NCBI GenBank assembly: GCA_028288965.1
Contig: JAQGHD010000013.1
Span: 1-56,309 of the forward strand
Length of the DNA: 56,309 nt
Reading direction: 5' to 3'
Origin: Candidatus Saccharimonadota bacterium
Lineage (GTDB): Bacteria; Patescibacteriota; Saccharimonadia; Saccharimonadales; JAQGHD01
A model generated the notes under the pieces. That model did no database searches. It had not been told where the DNA came from and saw only the letters and a program-made list of their open reading frames with translations. The position numbers and the translations under genes were made by a program. This document shows, in pieces, positions 1 through 9,032 of this stretch; the stretch's first letter is position 1; each line of letters starts with the position of its first letter.

Positions 1-2
1 AC

Positions 3-1592
3 GTTAACAAACCAGTCAGCACTGCCACGCAAACCGCCTTGAATCTAAAGCTTACGGCTAGTAACAATTTGAGCGACGTGGCCAGTGCCGCCACAGCTCG
101 CACCAACCTAGGCTTGGGCACGGCCGCCACCCAGAACAAAGTCGCCGCTGGTAGCGCTGGTGTCTTAGACGCGACGGATTCGACCACTACCAACTCGCGA
201 ACACCATCTGGCACCGCTGGGGGTGATTTAATTGGTACCTATCCAAACCCGACGCTAAAAAATACCGGTACTGCTGGCAGCTATGGTGACTCGACACATT
301 TTCCCATACTCACCACCGATGCCCAGGGACGTGTTACGACTGTTACGACGCAAGTTACTCCAAGTGGCGCTGACCAGCTTGGTCTGACCCGCACGGCCGT
401 CAAAACCACGAGCTATACGGCCGTGGCCGGCGACCTTATACCGGTCGATACGACCTCGGGCGCGGTGACTATTACATTGCCTGCTGCCGCAGCTGGAGTA
501 GTCGTGGCCATCAAACATATTGTTCAAGGCGGTAGCAACGCTGTTACGATTAACCGCGCTGGTTCCGATGTCTTTAATAAAACCGGTGGCAGTACGTCAC
601 TGAGTTTAAGTTTGATCAACCAAGGAGTCTTGCTCCAAGGGACAGCTGGTATCTGGACGGTGGTGGCTGATGATATGCCGCTTTCCGTGCTTGACTCACG
701 CTACACCCCACTCGGTGTTCCCGCCTGGGTAGCCCTGACTGTCTATGTTGGCGGGCAGCTGGCTGTTGATCCGTCCGGTAATCTCATTGTCCGGATTAGC
801 GCCGGCACCGCGCGCGCCAGTTACGATGCCACCGAACAAGCCCTATGGTTCACGCCTGGTGCCTCGTCCGCTCCCACTGGGCCAGCCGGCGGGTTCCTCA
901 CGGGCAGTTATCCGAACCCTGGTGGTCCTTCTGGATTGATAACTGATTCAATGGTAGCTGCTGGTGCAGCCATCGCACCAACTAAATTGGCGCTGGTGAA
1001 TGACGGCGCCTGGACATCTCCAACACAACGGTCCGGCAGTGCGCTCCGACAGAGCCGACGACGCGTCAACCGTTGGTATAATCCCCCCGGTGCGCCGCGC
1101 GGCTCGAATACTGTGGCAATCGCGGGCGGACTCATGTACCTTGTGCCAGTTCACATCGAACGCCCACTTAGCATCAGCGACATGAGCATGGAGTTCATTG
1201 GCGCGGCAGCAGGTGGACAGATTCGGTTTGGCATCTATCTCGATGACGGCCAAGGCGAACCAACCGGAGCGCCTGTTATAGATTCAGGTCTAAAGACAGC
1301 GCCAACAACAATTAACACATTTACAACCGCAGCGTTTGGTAGTCCGTATGTAATAACCAATGCAGATCAGTACTGGTTGGCATTGCTCGTATGTAATAAC
1401 GTGACTGGCACGCCTAGCGCCTTCCCATATTCGCCAAGTCACGAGGGGATTGGTTCACCGGCCCAACTTTCCAATGTTGCGTTCGTATCTGGATTGACAA
1501 CCACACTCCCGACTTTGAGCGGAGCATCGCTAACCTACTTCAGTGCCGAATTCTGGCCAATGGTTGCCTATAAGATCTCTGCCTACACATGA
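3..1592 (+). CDS. phage minor-tail / tail-fibre-like protein, probably 5'-truncated by the window edge
   Basis: Frame is open from nt 3, with no stop before the TTG at 39. Motif ALNLK..NLSDVASAATARTNLGLG is typical of tail-fibre N-termini. Two G-x-L-x-G-[TS]-Y-P-N-P repeats (GGDLIGTYPNP, GGFLTGSYPNP). High GC. Confidence 0.6.
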   Translation, partial: VNKPVSTATQTALNLKLTASNNLSDVASAATARTNLGLGTAATQNKVAAGSAGVLDATDSTTTNSRTPSGTAGGDLIGTYPNPTLKNTGTAGSYGDSTHFPILTTDAQGRVTTVTTQVTPSGADQLGLTRTAVKTTSYTAVAGDLIPVDTTSGAVTITLPAAAAGVVVAIKHIVQGGSNAVTINRAGSDVFNKTGGSTSLSLSLINQGVLLQGTAGIWTVVADDMPLSVLDSRYTPLGVPAWVALTVYVGGQLAVDPSGNLIVRISAGTARASYDATEQALWFTPGASSAPTGPAGGFLTGSYPNPGGPSGLITDSMVAAGAAIAPTKLALVNDGAWTSPTQRSGSALRQSRRRVNRWYNPPGAPRGSNTVAIAGGLMYLVPVHIERPLSISDMSMEFIGAAAGGQIRFGIYLDDGQGEPTGAPVIDSGLKTAPTTINTFTTAAFGSPYVITNADQYWLALLVCNNVTGTPSAFPYSPSHEGIGSPAQLSNVAFVSGLTTTLPTLSGASLTYFSAEFWPMVAYKISAYT

Positions 1593-3028
1593 GCAATCCT
1601 GACCCGACAGTCACGAACTTGTCGCTTACGCTCGGTTCTCTTGGTACGTATAACGCGACGGTCACAACGTGGGAGATGGTCGCTGATGTTACAATGGCGG
1701 CGCAAGGCTTCACCTTTCCGACTGGTCGTTGGCTAGTCACGCTAGTGATCGCCGGGTTTCCGGCTGATAAAGCGCCGGTATCGGTGGTGAGCCAGCAAGA
1801 CATAACGCTTGGCTCGCCAGGCACGATCACGGTCCCTGCCGAGACGTTCTATCACCTCCGCGACTTCACCCAAGCGCGCAGCGTTCAGGTACAGCTCACG
1901 GTGTCGAAACGTTCCGGATCATTATGGGTGCCCTTTGCGTCAACCGGCGCAAATAACGGAATCGTTGCGCTTCCCGCCGCCGCCGCGGGCACCGTTCCGC
2001 CGTTTGGCGCAGCGAGCGAGCAAGTGTTTGGGCCGCTGACTAACTTTCAGAATTATCCGATTGGGTATTTGCAAGGCGCGCATGCCGCGATCAAAGCCGC
2101 CGGTGGAACAATCACTCGTAACGATACGCAATGGATGCAGCTCTGTCCGACATCTGCGGCGTTCGATGCAACTATCCAGGCGGCCTACGATGCCTACTTT
2201 ACATCTTGTGCAACGAACGGTCTCAAAGCAATTGTCTACCTTTGTCCGATTATCAGCTCACCAGCATGGGCTGCCACATCAGGTGTGCGCGGCAATCCGC
2301 CCGCCAGCTGGTCGGACTACTCAACATTTGTCAGTAACTTTCTGGCCAGGTGGGGTACGAACATCGCGGCCGTTGCGATGATTAACGAGCCAAACCTGTA
2401 CGGATCGATACCGAACGGCACGGCAGCGCTCGACGCTCCCACGTACGTGGGCCTCCTGCAACATACCTACAGCGCAGTCAAAGCCGCCTCGCCAACCATG
2501 CCCGTTCTTGCCGGCAGCCTGTCGCTCTGCGACACCACGTATCTTGCATCTTTATATGCCCAAGCTGGTTTTAAGGGCAACTACGATGCGATCGACATTC
2601 ACCCGTACTCCGTCGACTTTTTCCAAACACCGCCCATTGCCCATGATCCGTCAATAGCGCAATCCGCGGCCAACGCCATGGTCGACATCCTTCCCGGGCT
2701 TATGGCTGTCCATAAAATGATGCGCGACAATAGCGAAGGCACGGTCCCGATTTGGGTCGTTGAGTGTGGCTGGAACGCCGGTGTGTCTGGCGCTGGCAAG
2801 ACGTACAACGCCTACGACGTGAGCGAAGCGCAACAGGCGGCATTCACAGCTTATGCGTTGCGCGCCTTGGCACGACTCGGGTACGTAAATGTCGCCAACT
2901 TCTACGCGGCGCGCGACACATCACCAAACGCCTACTTATCACCAAATTCCTGGGGCTGGTCCGACTATTGGGGAAACCGTCAAAAACCGGTTGTCGCGGC
3001 ACTGGCAGCAGCCAAGGCAGCTCCATAG
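1589..3028 (+). CDS. glycoside hydrolase, clan GH-A (GH5/cellulase-like) catalytic domain behind a ~150-aa N-terminal domain
   Basis: ATGA overlap with the upstream ORF. AMINEPNLYG (acid/base NEP), IDIHPY (H-x-Y) and IWVVECGWN (nucleophile Glu), with about 125 aa between the two Glu. Confidence 0.6.
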   Translation: MSNPDPTVTNLSLTLGSLGTYNATVTTWEMVADVTMAAQGFTFPTGRWLVTLVIAGFPADKAPVSVVSQQDITLGSPGTITVPAETFYHLRDFTQARSVQVQLTVSKRSGSLWVPFASTGANNGIVALPAAAAGTVPPFGAASEQVFGPLTNFQNYPIGYLQGAHAAIKAAGGTITRNDTQWMQLCPTSAAFDATIQAAYDAYFTSCATNGLKAIVYLCPIISSPAWAATSGVRGNPPASWSDYSTFVSNFLARWGTNIAAVAMINEPNLYGSIPNGTAALDAPTYVGLLQHTYSAVKAASPTMPVLAGSLSLCDTTYLASLYAQAGFKGNYDAIDIHPYSVDFFQTPPIAHDPSIAQSAANAMVDILPGLMAVHKMMRDNSEGTVPIWVVECGWNAGVSGAGKTYNAYDVSEAQQAAFTAYALRALARLGYVNVANFYAARDTSPNAYLSPNSWGWSDYWGNRQKPVVAALAAAKAAP

Positions 3029-3058
3029 GTGTGATCACCGGTTTGCTGCTCGGTATTC

Positions 3059-3067
3059 TGTTATAAT
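3059..3067 (+). promoter_or_regulatory. candidate extended -10 promoter (TGTTATAAT) for the ABC exporter operon
   Basis: TGnTATAAT lies 22 nt upstream of the ATG at 3089. No good -35 element. Confidence 0.35.
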
Positions 3068-3088
3068 AACCCCTTACAGGGAATTTTT

Positions 3089-4051
3089 ATGCCAAAAACA
3101 GACTATGTTATTGAAGCCAAAAATCTAAAGAAATCATATGGAGCCACCGAAGTTCTAAGAGGTATAAACCTGCAGGTCGAGCGTGGCACCATGCTAGCAC
3201 TGCTGGGGCCAAACGGTGCCGGCAAGACCACCACTGTAAGGATTTTGAGCACGCTTTTAACTTTTGACGGCGGTACAGCCACTGTTGAAGGCTATGACGT
3301 GATTAAGCAGTCTGACAAAGTGCGCAGGGTAATTGGTCTGACAGGTCAATCGGCTGCGGTTGATGAGCTGCTTACGGGGCGCGAGAATCTTATCATGATG
3401 GGACAGCTCTATCGCCTAACTCCAGCTAGCGCCAAAGCCCGTGCCCAAGAACTATTAGAAGAATTTGATTTAGTGAAAGCTGCTGACCGCACGGCTAAAA
3501 CCTATTCTGGCGGCATGCGCCGGCGACTGGACCTAGCGGTAAGTTTAATTGCTACGCCTCCGGTAATTTTTCTGGATGAGCCAACCACTGGCTTGGACCC
3601 GAGATCTCGGTTAAGCATGTGGGCCATCATCAAAAAGCTTATGGAAAGTGGCACGACCATTCTGTTGACCACGCAATATCTGGATGAAGCGGATCAGCTG
3701 GCAGACAAAATTGTGGTAATTGACGATGGGCTGGTAATAGCCGAGGGCACTTCGAGTGAGCTTAAACGTAAAGTTGGTAATGATCGTTTAGAACTCACTT
3801 TTGCTGATGACAGCACTATGAATAAGGCACTAGAGGTTCTTGGTAAGCATGTGATCGATACCAACAATAAAGAATACACGGCCACCGTGGTGATTACGGA
3901 CCCCAATATTGATGTGCGGCAGGTGCTGGTTACGCTGTCGGACCAGAAAGTTAAAGTAGAATCCATGGCAATTCATAAACCAACCCTGGACGATGTCTTT
4001 TTATCACTGACCGGTAAACAAAAACCTAAAGACAAGAAGGAGAAAAAGTAA
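3089..4051 (+). CDS. ABC transporter ATP-binding protein (DrrA / ABC-2 exporter type)
   Basis: Walker A GPNGAGKTTT, signature YSGGMRRRLDLA, Walker B IFLDEPTTGLD. Confidence 0.9.
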   Translation: MPKTDYVIEAKNLKKSYGATEVLRGINLQVERGTMLALLGPNGAGKTTTVRILSTLLTFDGGTATVEGYDVIKQSDKVRRVIGLTGQSAAVDELLTGRENLIMMGQLYRLTPASAKARAQELLEEFDLVKAADRTAKTYSGGMRRRLDLAVSLIATPPVIFLDEPTTGLDPRSRLSMWAIIKKLMESGTTILLTTQYLDEADQLADKIVVIDDGLVIAEGTSSELKRKVGNDRLELTFADDSTMNKALEVLGKHVIDTNNKEYTATVVITDPNIDVRQVLVTLSDQKVKVESMAIHKPTLDDVFLSLTGKQKPKDKKEKK

Positions 4052-4860
4052 TGGCTGTTGAGCTAGTATTTGAAAAAAAGCCAAACTGGTTGCTATCGCT
4101 GAACGATTCGCGCTTGATGATTAAGCGTAGCGCTACGCATATTATCCGTAATACAGATCAGTTGCTGGGTGCTTTCTTTCAACCGATTATGTTTTTGGTG
4201 TTGTTTTCGACGGTATTTGGCGGAGCCATTTCTAAGTCCTTACCGGCTGGCATTAGCTATTTAAACTTTTTGATGGCCGGAATTATTGTACAGACGGTAG
4301 CCTTTGGGTCTACTACTACCGCTGTTTCAGTCTCTAACGATTTACAAAAAGGCATTGTTGATAGATTCAGATCACTGCCCATGGCCAACCTGGCAGTTTT
4401 AAATGGCCACGTTGTCTCTGACTTATTCCGCAACGTCATTTCCACCACTGTTATGTTACTCACCGGTTTGATTATAGGTTTTCGTAGTCATGCCAGTCCG
4501 CTACATTGGCTCTATATAACCGGCATACTTACACTGTTTACGTTTGCGTTTTCGTGGTTGGCGGCAATTGTGGGCGTGTTTGCCAAAAGTGTTGAAGCCG
4601 TCCAATGGCTGACGTTTGTGTTGATCTTTCCGCTGACCTTTGCCAGCTCTGCCTTTGTGCCAGCCTCCAGTTTTCCGCGCTACCTAAAAGTTTTTGCCGT
4701 TAACCAACCTATTACACAAGTTGTTGAGGCAGTAAGGGCTTTAATTCTTGGTTTATCGGTGGGCAACCATGCCTGGCTGGCTGTTTCTTGGAGCATCGGT
4801 CTCTTGGTTATTGCCATGCCCCTGGCTTCTTGGCTATTCCGCCGCAAAACATCTCAATAA
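4051..4860 (+). CDS. ABC-2 type transporter permease
   Basis: TAATG start/stop overlap with the ATPase gene. Six hydrophobic spans, DrrB-like layout. Confidence 0.85.
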   Translation: MAVELVFEKKPNWLLSLNDSRLMIKRSATHIIRNTDQLLGAFFQPIMFLVLFSTVFGGAISKSLPAGISYLNFLMAGIIVQTVAFGSTTTAVSVSNDLQKGIVDRFRSLPMANLAVLNGHVVSDLFRNVISTTVMLLTGLIIGFRSHASPLHWLYITGILTLFTFAFSWLAAIVGVFAKSVEAVQWLTFVLIFPLTFASSAFVPASSFPRYLKVFAVNQPITQVVEAVRALILGLSVGNHAWLAVSWSIGLLVIAMPLASWLFRRKTSQ

Positions 4861-4990
4861 ACTCCTCTTGGCCGGGAATCCAGGCCATTATCCGACACGG
4901 GGACTGGTATAAGTTCAAGCTTCATTTCCATGGCAGACCTCCTTTTATTCCTAACCCTTTTTATCAAAATTAAAGACCTCTAAAGATGCC

Positions 4991-5353
4991 TTAGGGCTTT
5001 GAAGAGCTGTCACGCTTATACCCAGTAATATCCAAGCCCACCGCCGGCTCATCACCAACCGTCCAAGCATCGTGGCCGGGCGGGATGACCGATACATCAC
5101 CCGGGCCATATTCGTTCTCTGTGCCGTCGTCCATCCTCACATGCAATTTCCCAGACAAATGATAGATGGTGTGTAAAACTTGGCAGCTCTCGGTCTTGAC
5201 CAAGGGCTTGACGCTGTCTGACCATTTCCAGCCGGGCTCGAAGGTGGTCAGTCCAAAGGTAACTCCCTCAAGCTCTACCAACTCGGCTTTGCCGTTTGGG
5301 AAATGGCGAATTTCATCAGGTTTGTTGATGCTTTTTTTCTGCATTTTCATCAC
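4991..5353 (-). CDS. cupin domain protein
   Basis: Cupin_2-like core HTIYHLSGKLHVRMDDG...GPGDVSVIPPGHDAW. Confidence 0.7.
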   Translation of the reverse strand: MMKMQKKSINKPDEIRHFPNGKAELVELEGVTFGLTTFEPGWKWSDSVKPLVKTESCQVLHTIYHLSGKLHVRMDDGTENEYGPGDVSVIPPGHDAWTVGDEPAVGLDITGYKRDSSSKP

Positions 5354-5389
5354 AATACCCCCCTTTATGTCTTTACTGCTTATAGTATA

Positions 5390-6259
5390 TCAAGGGACGC
5401 GAGTGAATTCCTCTAGTAGCCGAATAACCACCGCAAAGTCCGCGTCTAGCTGACGGGCCATGCCGATAGCTGCTATCTGCTCGGCGGCGGCGGTTGCTGG
5501 CAGGGGAGTATTGGTGCTACGAGCTTGGTCCAAAATTAGGCCATAATCTTTGTACATATTAGCCAGCGAAAAGGCCACCGGATAGTCGTTGGCCAGGGCG
5601 TTTTGCAGTTTTATCTTCTGGGACGGCGACACCACAGCTGTTTCACTAAGCACCTCAATCATTTTGCGCTTATCCATACCCATTCTTTGGCCCAAAAGGA
5701 GGGCCTCAGCCAGAGATTGAGCGCCGAGTCCCAAAAGCGTATTGGTGACCAGCTTCATGCGCGAGCCGTCGCCAGCCGGTCCTATCAAATAAGCCGTCTT
5801 ACTTATGGCCCTAAAGATTGGCTGGGCGTCATCAAAGGTGGCTTTCTCGCCACCCACAAATATAACCAGCTGGGCCGCTTCTACTTGCGGGGCGCTGCCC
5901 GAAACCGGGGCATCTAAATATTGCGCCTTATGGCTGGCAATAACTTTAGCTACCTCCGCTGCCGTATCGGGAGAAATGGTACTGAGGCTAATAATAGTCT
6001 TGCTCGTGCACTCAGCCTGGACTATTTGGTCAATAATTTCCCGGGTAGCCTGGTCATTAGAAACTGAAATACAAATATAATCCACGTTTCTAACCAACTC
6101 TGGAATGGTATCCGCCGCCGTGGCCCCTTGTTGTACTAAGGGCTTGGTCTTGGCTTTATCTCTGTTAAAGACCGTCACTCTGTGGCCAGCGCCCAGCAGC
6201 CGGGCCGCCATCCGACTCCCCATGGTTCCCATGCCAATAAAGCCAATTGATTTTTCCAT
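5390..6259 (-). CDS. NAD(P)-dependent oxidoreductase, 3-hydroxyisobutyrate / 6-phosphogluconate dehydrogenase-like
   Basis: Rossmann motif IGFIGMGTMGSRMA directly follows the internal ATG at 6259. The ORF-track start at 6370 adds 37 non-conserved residues. Confidence 0.8.
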   Translation of the reverse strand: MEKSIGFIGMGTMGSRMAARLLGAGHRVTVFNRDKAKTKPLVQQGATAADTIPELVRNVDYICISVSNDQATREIIDQIVQAECTSKTIISLSTISPDTAAEVAKVIASHKAQYLDAPVSGSAPQVEAAQLVIFVGGEKATFDDAQPIFRAISKTAYLIGPAGDGSRMKLVTNTLLGLGAQSLAEALLLGQRMGMDKRKMIEVLSETAVVSPSQKIKLQNALANDYPVAFSLANMYKDYGLILDQARSTNTPLPATAAAEQIAAIGMARQLDADFAVVIRLLEEFTRVP

Positions 6260-6417
6260 AGGCTCATCCGTAGTTTTTCTATCGCACCGTCTGTAATGTA
6301 GAACACCAGTCGGGGGAGCGTCTATTAATAATGCCTCATACGGGAGTGAGTAAAAGAGTTGGCTGGCCATTGTGAACGAAGTTAGAACCTTATATACTGC
6401 GTCTATTAGATCGCATT

Positions 6418-7449
6418 ATGGAAACTAACACCCAAAACATTCTAGACTTTTTCGAACTTGCTAACCACTATCCATCACCTCACAATGGCCAGCCTATAGA
6501 AGTCAAGCAACTAGGCCCCAATGCGTTTGAGCTGTATTTTCAGAAGGAGCGTGGGCTGCAAGCCGCCGAAGTCTCATTTCTTTTTAGCTATGTCACGATG
6601 GGTGTATTTATTTACCATCTTTCTTTGTGCGCCGAGGCATTAGGACACGAGATGAGCTATGAGCTGCAGTTGCCGCCGGTTGCGTCACTTAAAGGCAATG
6701 GTGCAGTGAAGTTTGCGTCCTGCAAAGTGAATTTTGCCACTATCAAACCAGACGAAGCATTGCGAAAGACATTACTTTTTCGTCAGACTTCACGTAAGAA
6801 ATATTCCGAAGGTCTTGATGCAGCCTTGTCGCAACGGACTATTGCAATTGCGGCCGAAAAGCATATGCAGCTAGTTAAGATGAATCGGCCTGATACGCAC
6901 CAGGCGATTTGGCTTAACCAACGAGCTGTCTTTGATGACATGTTTGATGATGCTGTAAGGCAAGAATTGAACCACTGGCTACGCTATAGCAAAGGTGAGA
7001 AGGAGACAAAGCGAGATGGTCTTGCGTACGACTGCATGGAGCTGAACGGCCGGGCCATGAAGTTTATAGTTAACCATTACAAGATACTGCACTGGCCGAT
7101 TGTTAATAACCTACTCAAGAAATACTATCTACGGACTATGAGCGATAATAGTGATGCATTTTACTTACTCACACCGTTTAGTACTGAGCAAGAAGCCTAC
7201 GATGTTGGGGTTGCGGTGATGCAGATTTGGCAGACAATCGCGGCCAAAGGCTATTATCTGCATCCATTTGGCACGATTATGAGTAATGTTGCAGCTCATG
7301 ATGACTTTCTGAAGCTGGCGCATATAGACCATGAAGACAGAAGCAAAAATTTCTTGGTCTTTATATATCGTGCCGGAAAGTCTGATCCCCCACACAGCAG
7401 TTTGCGCATACCCATTAAGGATCACCTACTAAGGAGGCAGAGTGTTTGA
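6418..7449 (+). CDS. nitroreductase-superfamily protein (Acg-like, two-lobed)
   Basis: N-terminal YPSPHNGQPIEV resembles the nitroreductase S-x-H-N-x-Q-P motif. At 343 aa it fits tandem Acg-type proteins. Confidence 0.5.
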   Translation: METNTQNILDFFELANHYPSPHNGQPIEVKQLGPNAFELYFQKERGLQAAEVSFLFSYVTMGVFIYHLSLCAEALGHEMSYELQLPPVASLKGNGAVKFASCKVNFATIKPDEALRKTLLFRQTSRKKYSEGLDAALSQRTIAIAAEKHMQLVKMNRPDTHQAIWLNQRAVFDDMFDDAVRQELNHWLRYSKGEKETKRDGLAYDCMELNGRAMKFIVNHYKILHWPIVNNLLKKYYLRTMSDNSDAFYLLTPFSTEQEAYDVGVAVMQIWQTIAAKGYYLHPFGTIMSNVAAHDDFLKLAHIDHEDRSKNFLVFIYRAGKSDPPHSSLRIPIKDHLLRRQSV

Positions 7450-8974
7450 TTGGTTATATATCGCTATAGTTGCTACGCTTGATAGGATTATTTGGACTAT
7501 TGATGTTGGCCCTTCAGTCCATAGGTTCTTTCTTGCCCCGCAAGTTGGCAATTTCCGGGTGTTTCTAGGTAAGGTCAGAGCGGTGCGAGTATATCGTTAT
7601 GCGTTAAGGCGAGTGCCAGCTTATAGGGATTTTATGGGCAAGCAGCACTATGAAGGGCCGCGTATCACGGCAGGCGGAGCTCAGCTGCGTGACATACCAG
7701 AAATTGATAAAGCATCGTATATCAAAAAATACTATCTGACTGAAAAACTCACTGATGGCATCTTACCCAAAAAAGGGGTCATGCTCGACGAATCTTCGGG
7801 CAGCAGCGGCAAGCCAACAAGTTGGGCTCGTGGTGCCAAAGAACGCCGATTTACGCGCCGAATCATTCAGGTAGCGTTTAAGCACCTCATTGAGAACCAG
7901 GATGTAATCGTCATTAATACCTTTGCCATGGGTGCTTGGTCGACCGGTTTCAATACATCGCTGAGCCTGCTTGAAATCAGCCGCGTGAAGTCCACGGGGC
8001 CCGATCTTACGAAGGCAATTGATACATTGCTGGAACTTGGTCCGGAGTTTGCTTATGTAATTGCGGGTTACCCACCATTTCTCAAACAGATTGCAGACGA
8101 TAAGCGTGTTGATTTTAGTAAGTACAACATCTCGGCCATTTACGGCGGGGAGGGTATCAGTGAGTCGATGCGCAAGTCGTTACTCAAGGTTTTTAAACAA
8201 GTTGTTGGCTCGTACGGCGCTTCTGATTTAGAGATTAACATCGCTCATGAGACAGATTTCACGATCGCTCTGCGCCAAGCGCTTATCGACGATGAGAAGT
8301 TACGCACTGCCTTGCTCAAGCAGAATCGCGGTATTATCCCCATGATTTTCCAGTACAATCCCTATGATTATCTGTTTGAAAACAATGATAAGGGTGAGCT
8401 GCTAGTAACCATCTGCCGCAAGGAAAACCTAAGCCCCCGTATTCGTTACAATATTCATGACCTCGGACATCCAGAGGATTTTTATAGCTTCAAGAAGAAG
8501 CTTAAGTCGCTCGGCCGCGGCGACTTGTTAAAACTAGTTGAATTAGACTTCGGGGTACTTTTCTATTATGGTCGTAGTGACCTATCGGTCGATTACTATG
8601 GCGGAGTGGTAGGTCCAGAAGAAATTCGACAAATCATCAACGCTAATGAAGACTATAAACAGAAGGTCGCGAACTTTAGGCTCATAAGCTATGAAGACAA
8701 ACAAGACCAAAAGCACTTGTTGTTTGCCTTAGAATTGGCCGAAGATGTGCACATTGATGCGGTTGAAAAACAAAAGCTCCTCGATGTTATTATTGATCAA
8801 CTGTTCGTGCTGAACTTAGACTTTAAAGCTGGCTATGAGATGGCGAACCATAAACCAGAGATTAGGATATATAAATCTGGTGAAGGTATCTTTGATACTG
8901 CCCATCAAAAAGTCAAAAACGATTACGTCTGGAATATCGACTATGACCGTGCTAATGCTGAAGGCGTTGTGTAG
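7442..8974 (+). CDS. adenylate-forming enzyme, PaaK / coenzyme F390 synthetase-like
   Basis: DESSGSSGKPTSW matches the S-S-G-[ST]-[ST]-G-K-P AMP-binding loop. Overlaps the upstream gene by 8 nt. Confidence 0.55.
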   Translation: MFDWLYIAIVATLDRIIWTIDVGPSVHRFFLAPQVGNFRVFLGKVRAVRVYRYALRRVPAYRDFMGKQHYEGPRITAGGAQLRDIPEIDKASYIKKYYLTEKLTDGILPKKGVMLDESSGSSGKPTSWARGAKERRFTRRIIQVAFKHLIENQDVIVINTFAMGAWSTGFNTSLSLLEISRVKSTGPDLTKAIDTLLELGPEFAYVIAGYPPFLKQIADDKRVDFSKYNISAIYGGEGISESMRKSLLKVFKQVVGSYGASDLEINIAHETDFTIALRQALIDDEKLRTALLKQNRGIIPMIFQYNPYDYLFENNDKGELLVTICRKENLSPRIRYNIHDLGHPEDFYSFKKKLKSLGRGDLLKLVELDFGVLFYYGRSDLSVDYYGGVVGPEEIRQIINANEDYKQKVANFRLISYEDKQDQKHLLFALELAEDVHIDAVEKQKLLDVIIDQLFVLNLDFKAGYEMANHKPEIRIYKSGEGIFDTAHQKVKNDYVWNIDYDRANAEGVV

Positions 8975-8987
8975 CACTACGGTGTAA

Positions 8988-9010
8988 AATAAAGACTTCT
9001 AGTCTTTATT
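8988..9010. terminator. bidirectional hairpin between convergent genes
   Basis: AATAAAGACT-tct-AGTCTTTATT, a 10-bp perfect stem. AT-rich, so weak. Confidence 0.45.
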
Positions 9011-9032
9011 GGCTGGTGGGGAGGACTCAAAC

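Noticed and set aside
3030-3040. GTGATCAC palindrome after the GH gene, as a possible third Crp/Fnr box
   Set aside because: The half-sites abut with no N4 spacer, unlike the two GTGAT-TCGA-ATCAC boxes. More likely chance or a restriction-type palindrome.
5390-6370. Full 326-aa version of the dehydrogenase ORF
   Set aside because: The Rossmann GxGxxG motif begins right after the internal Met38, and the 37-aa extension has no counterpart in this family. The shorter start at 6259 is preferred.
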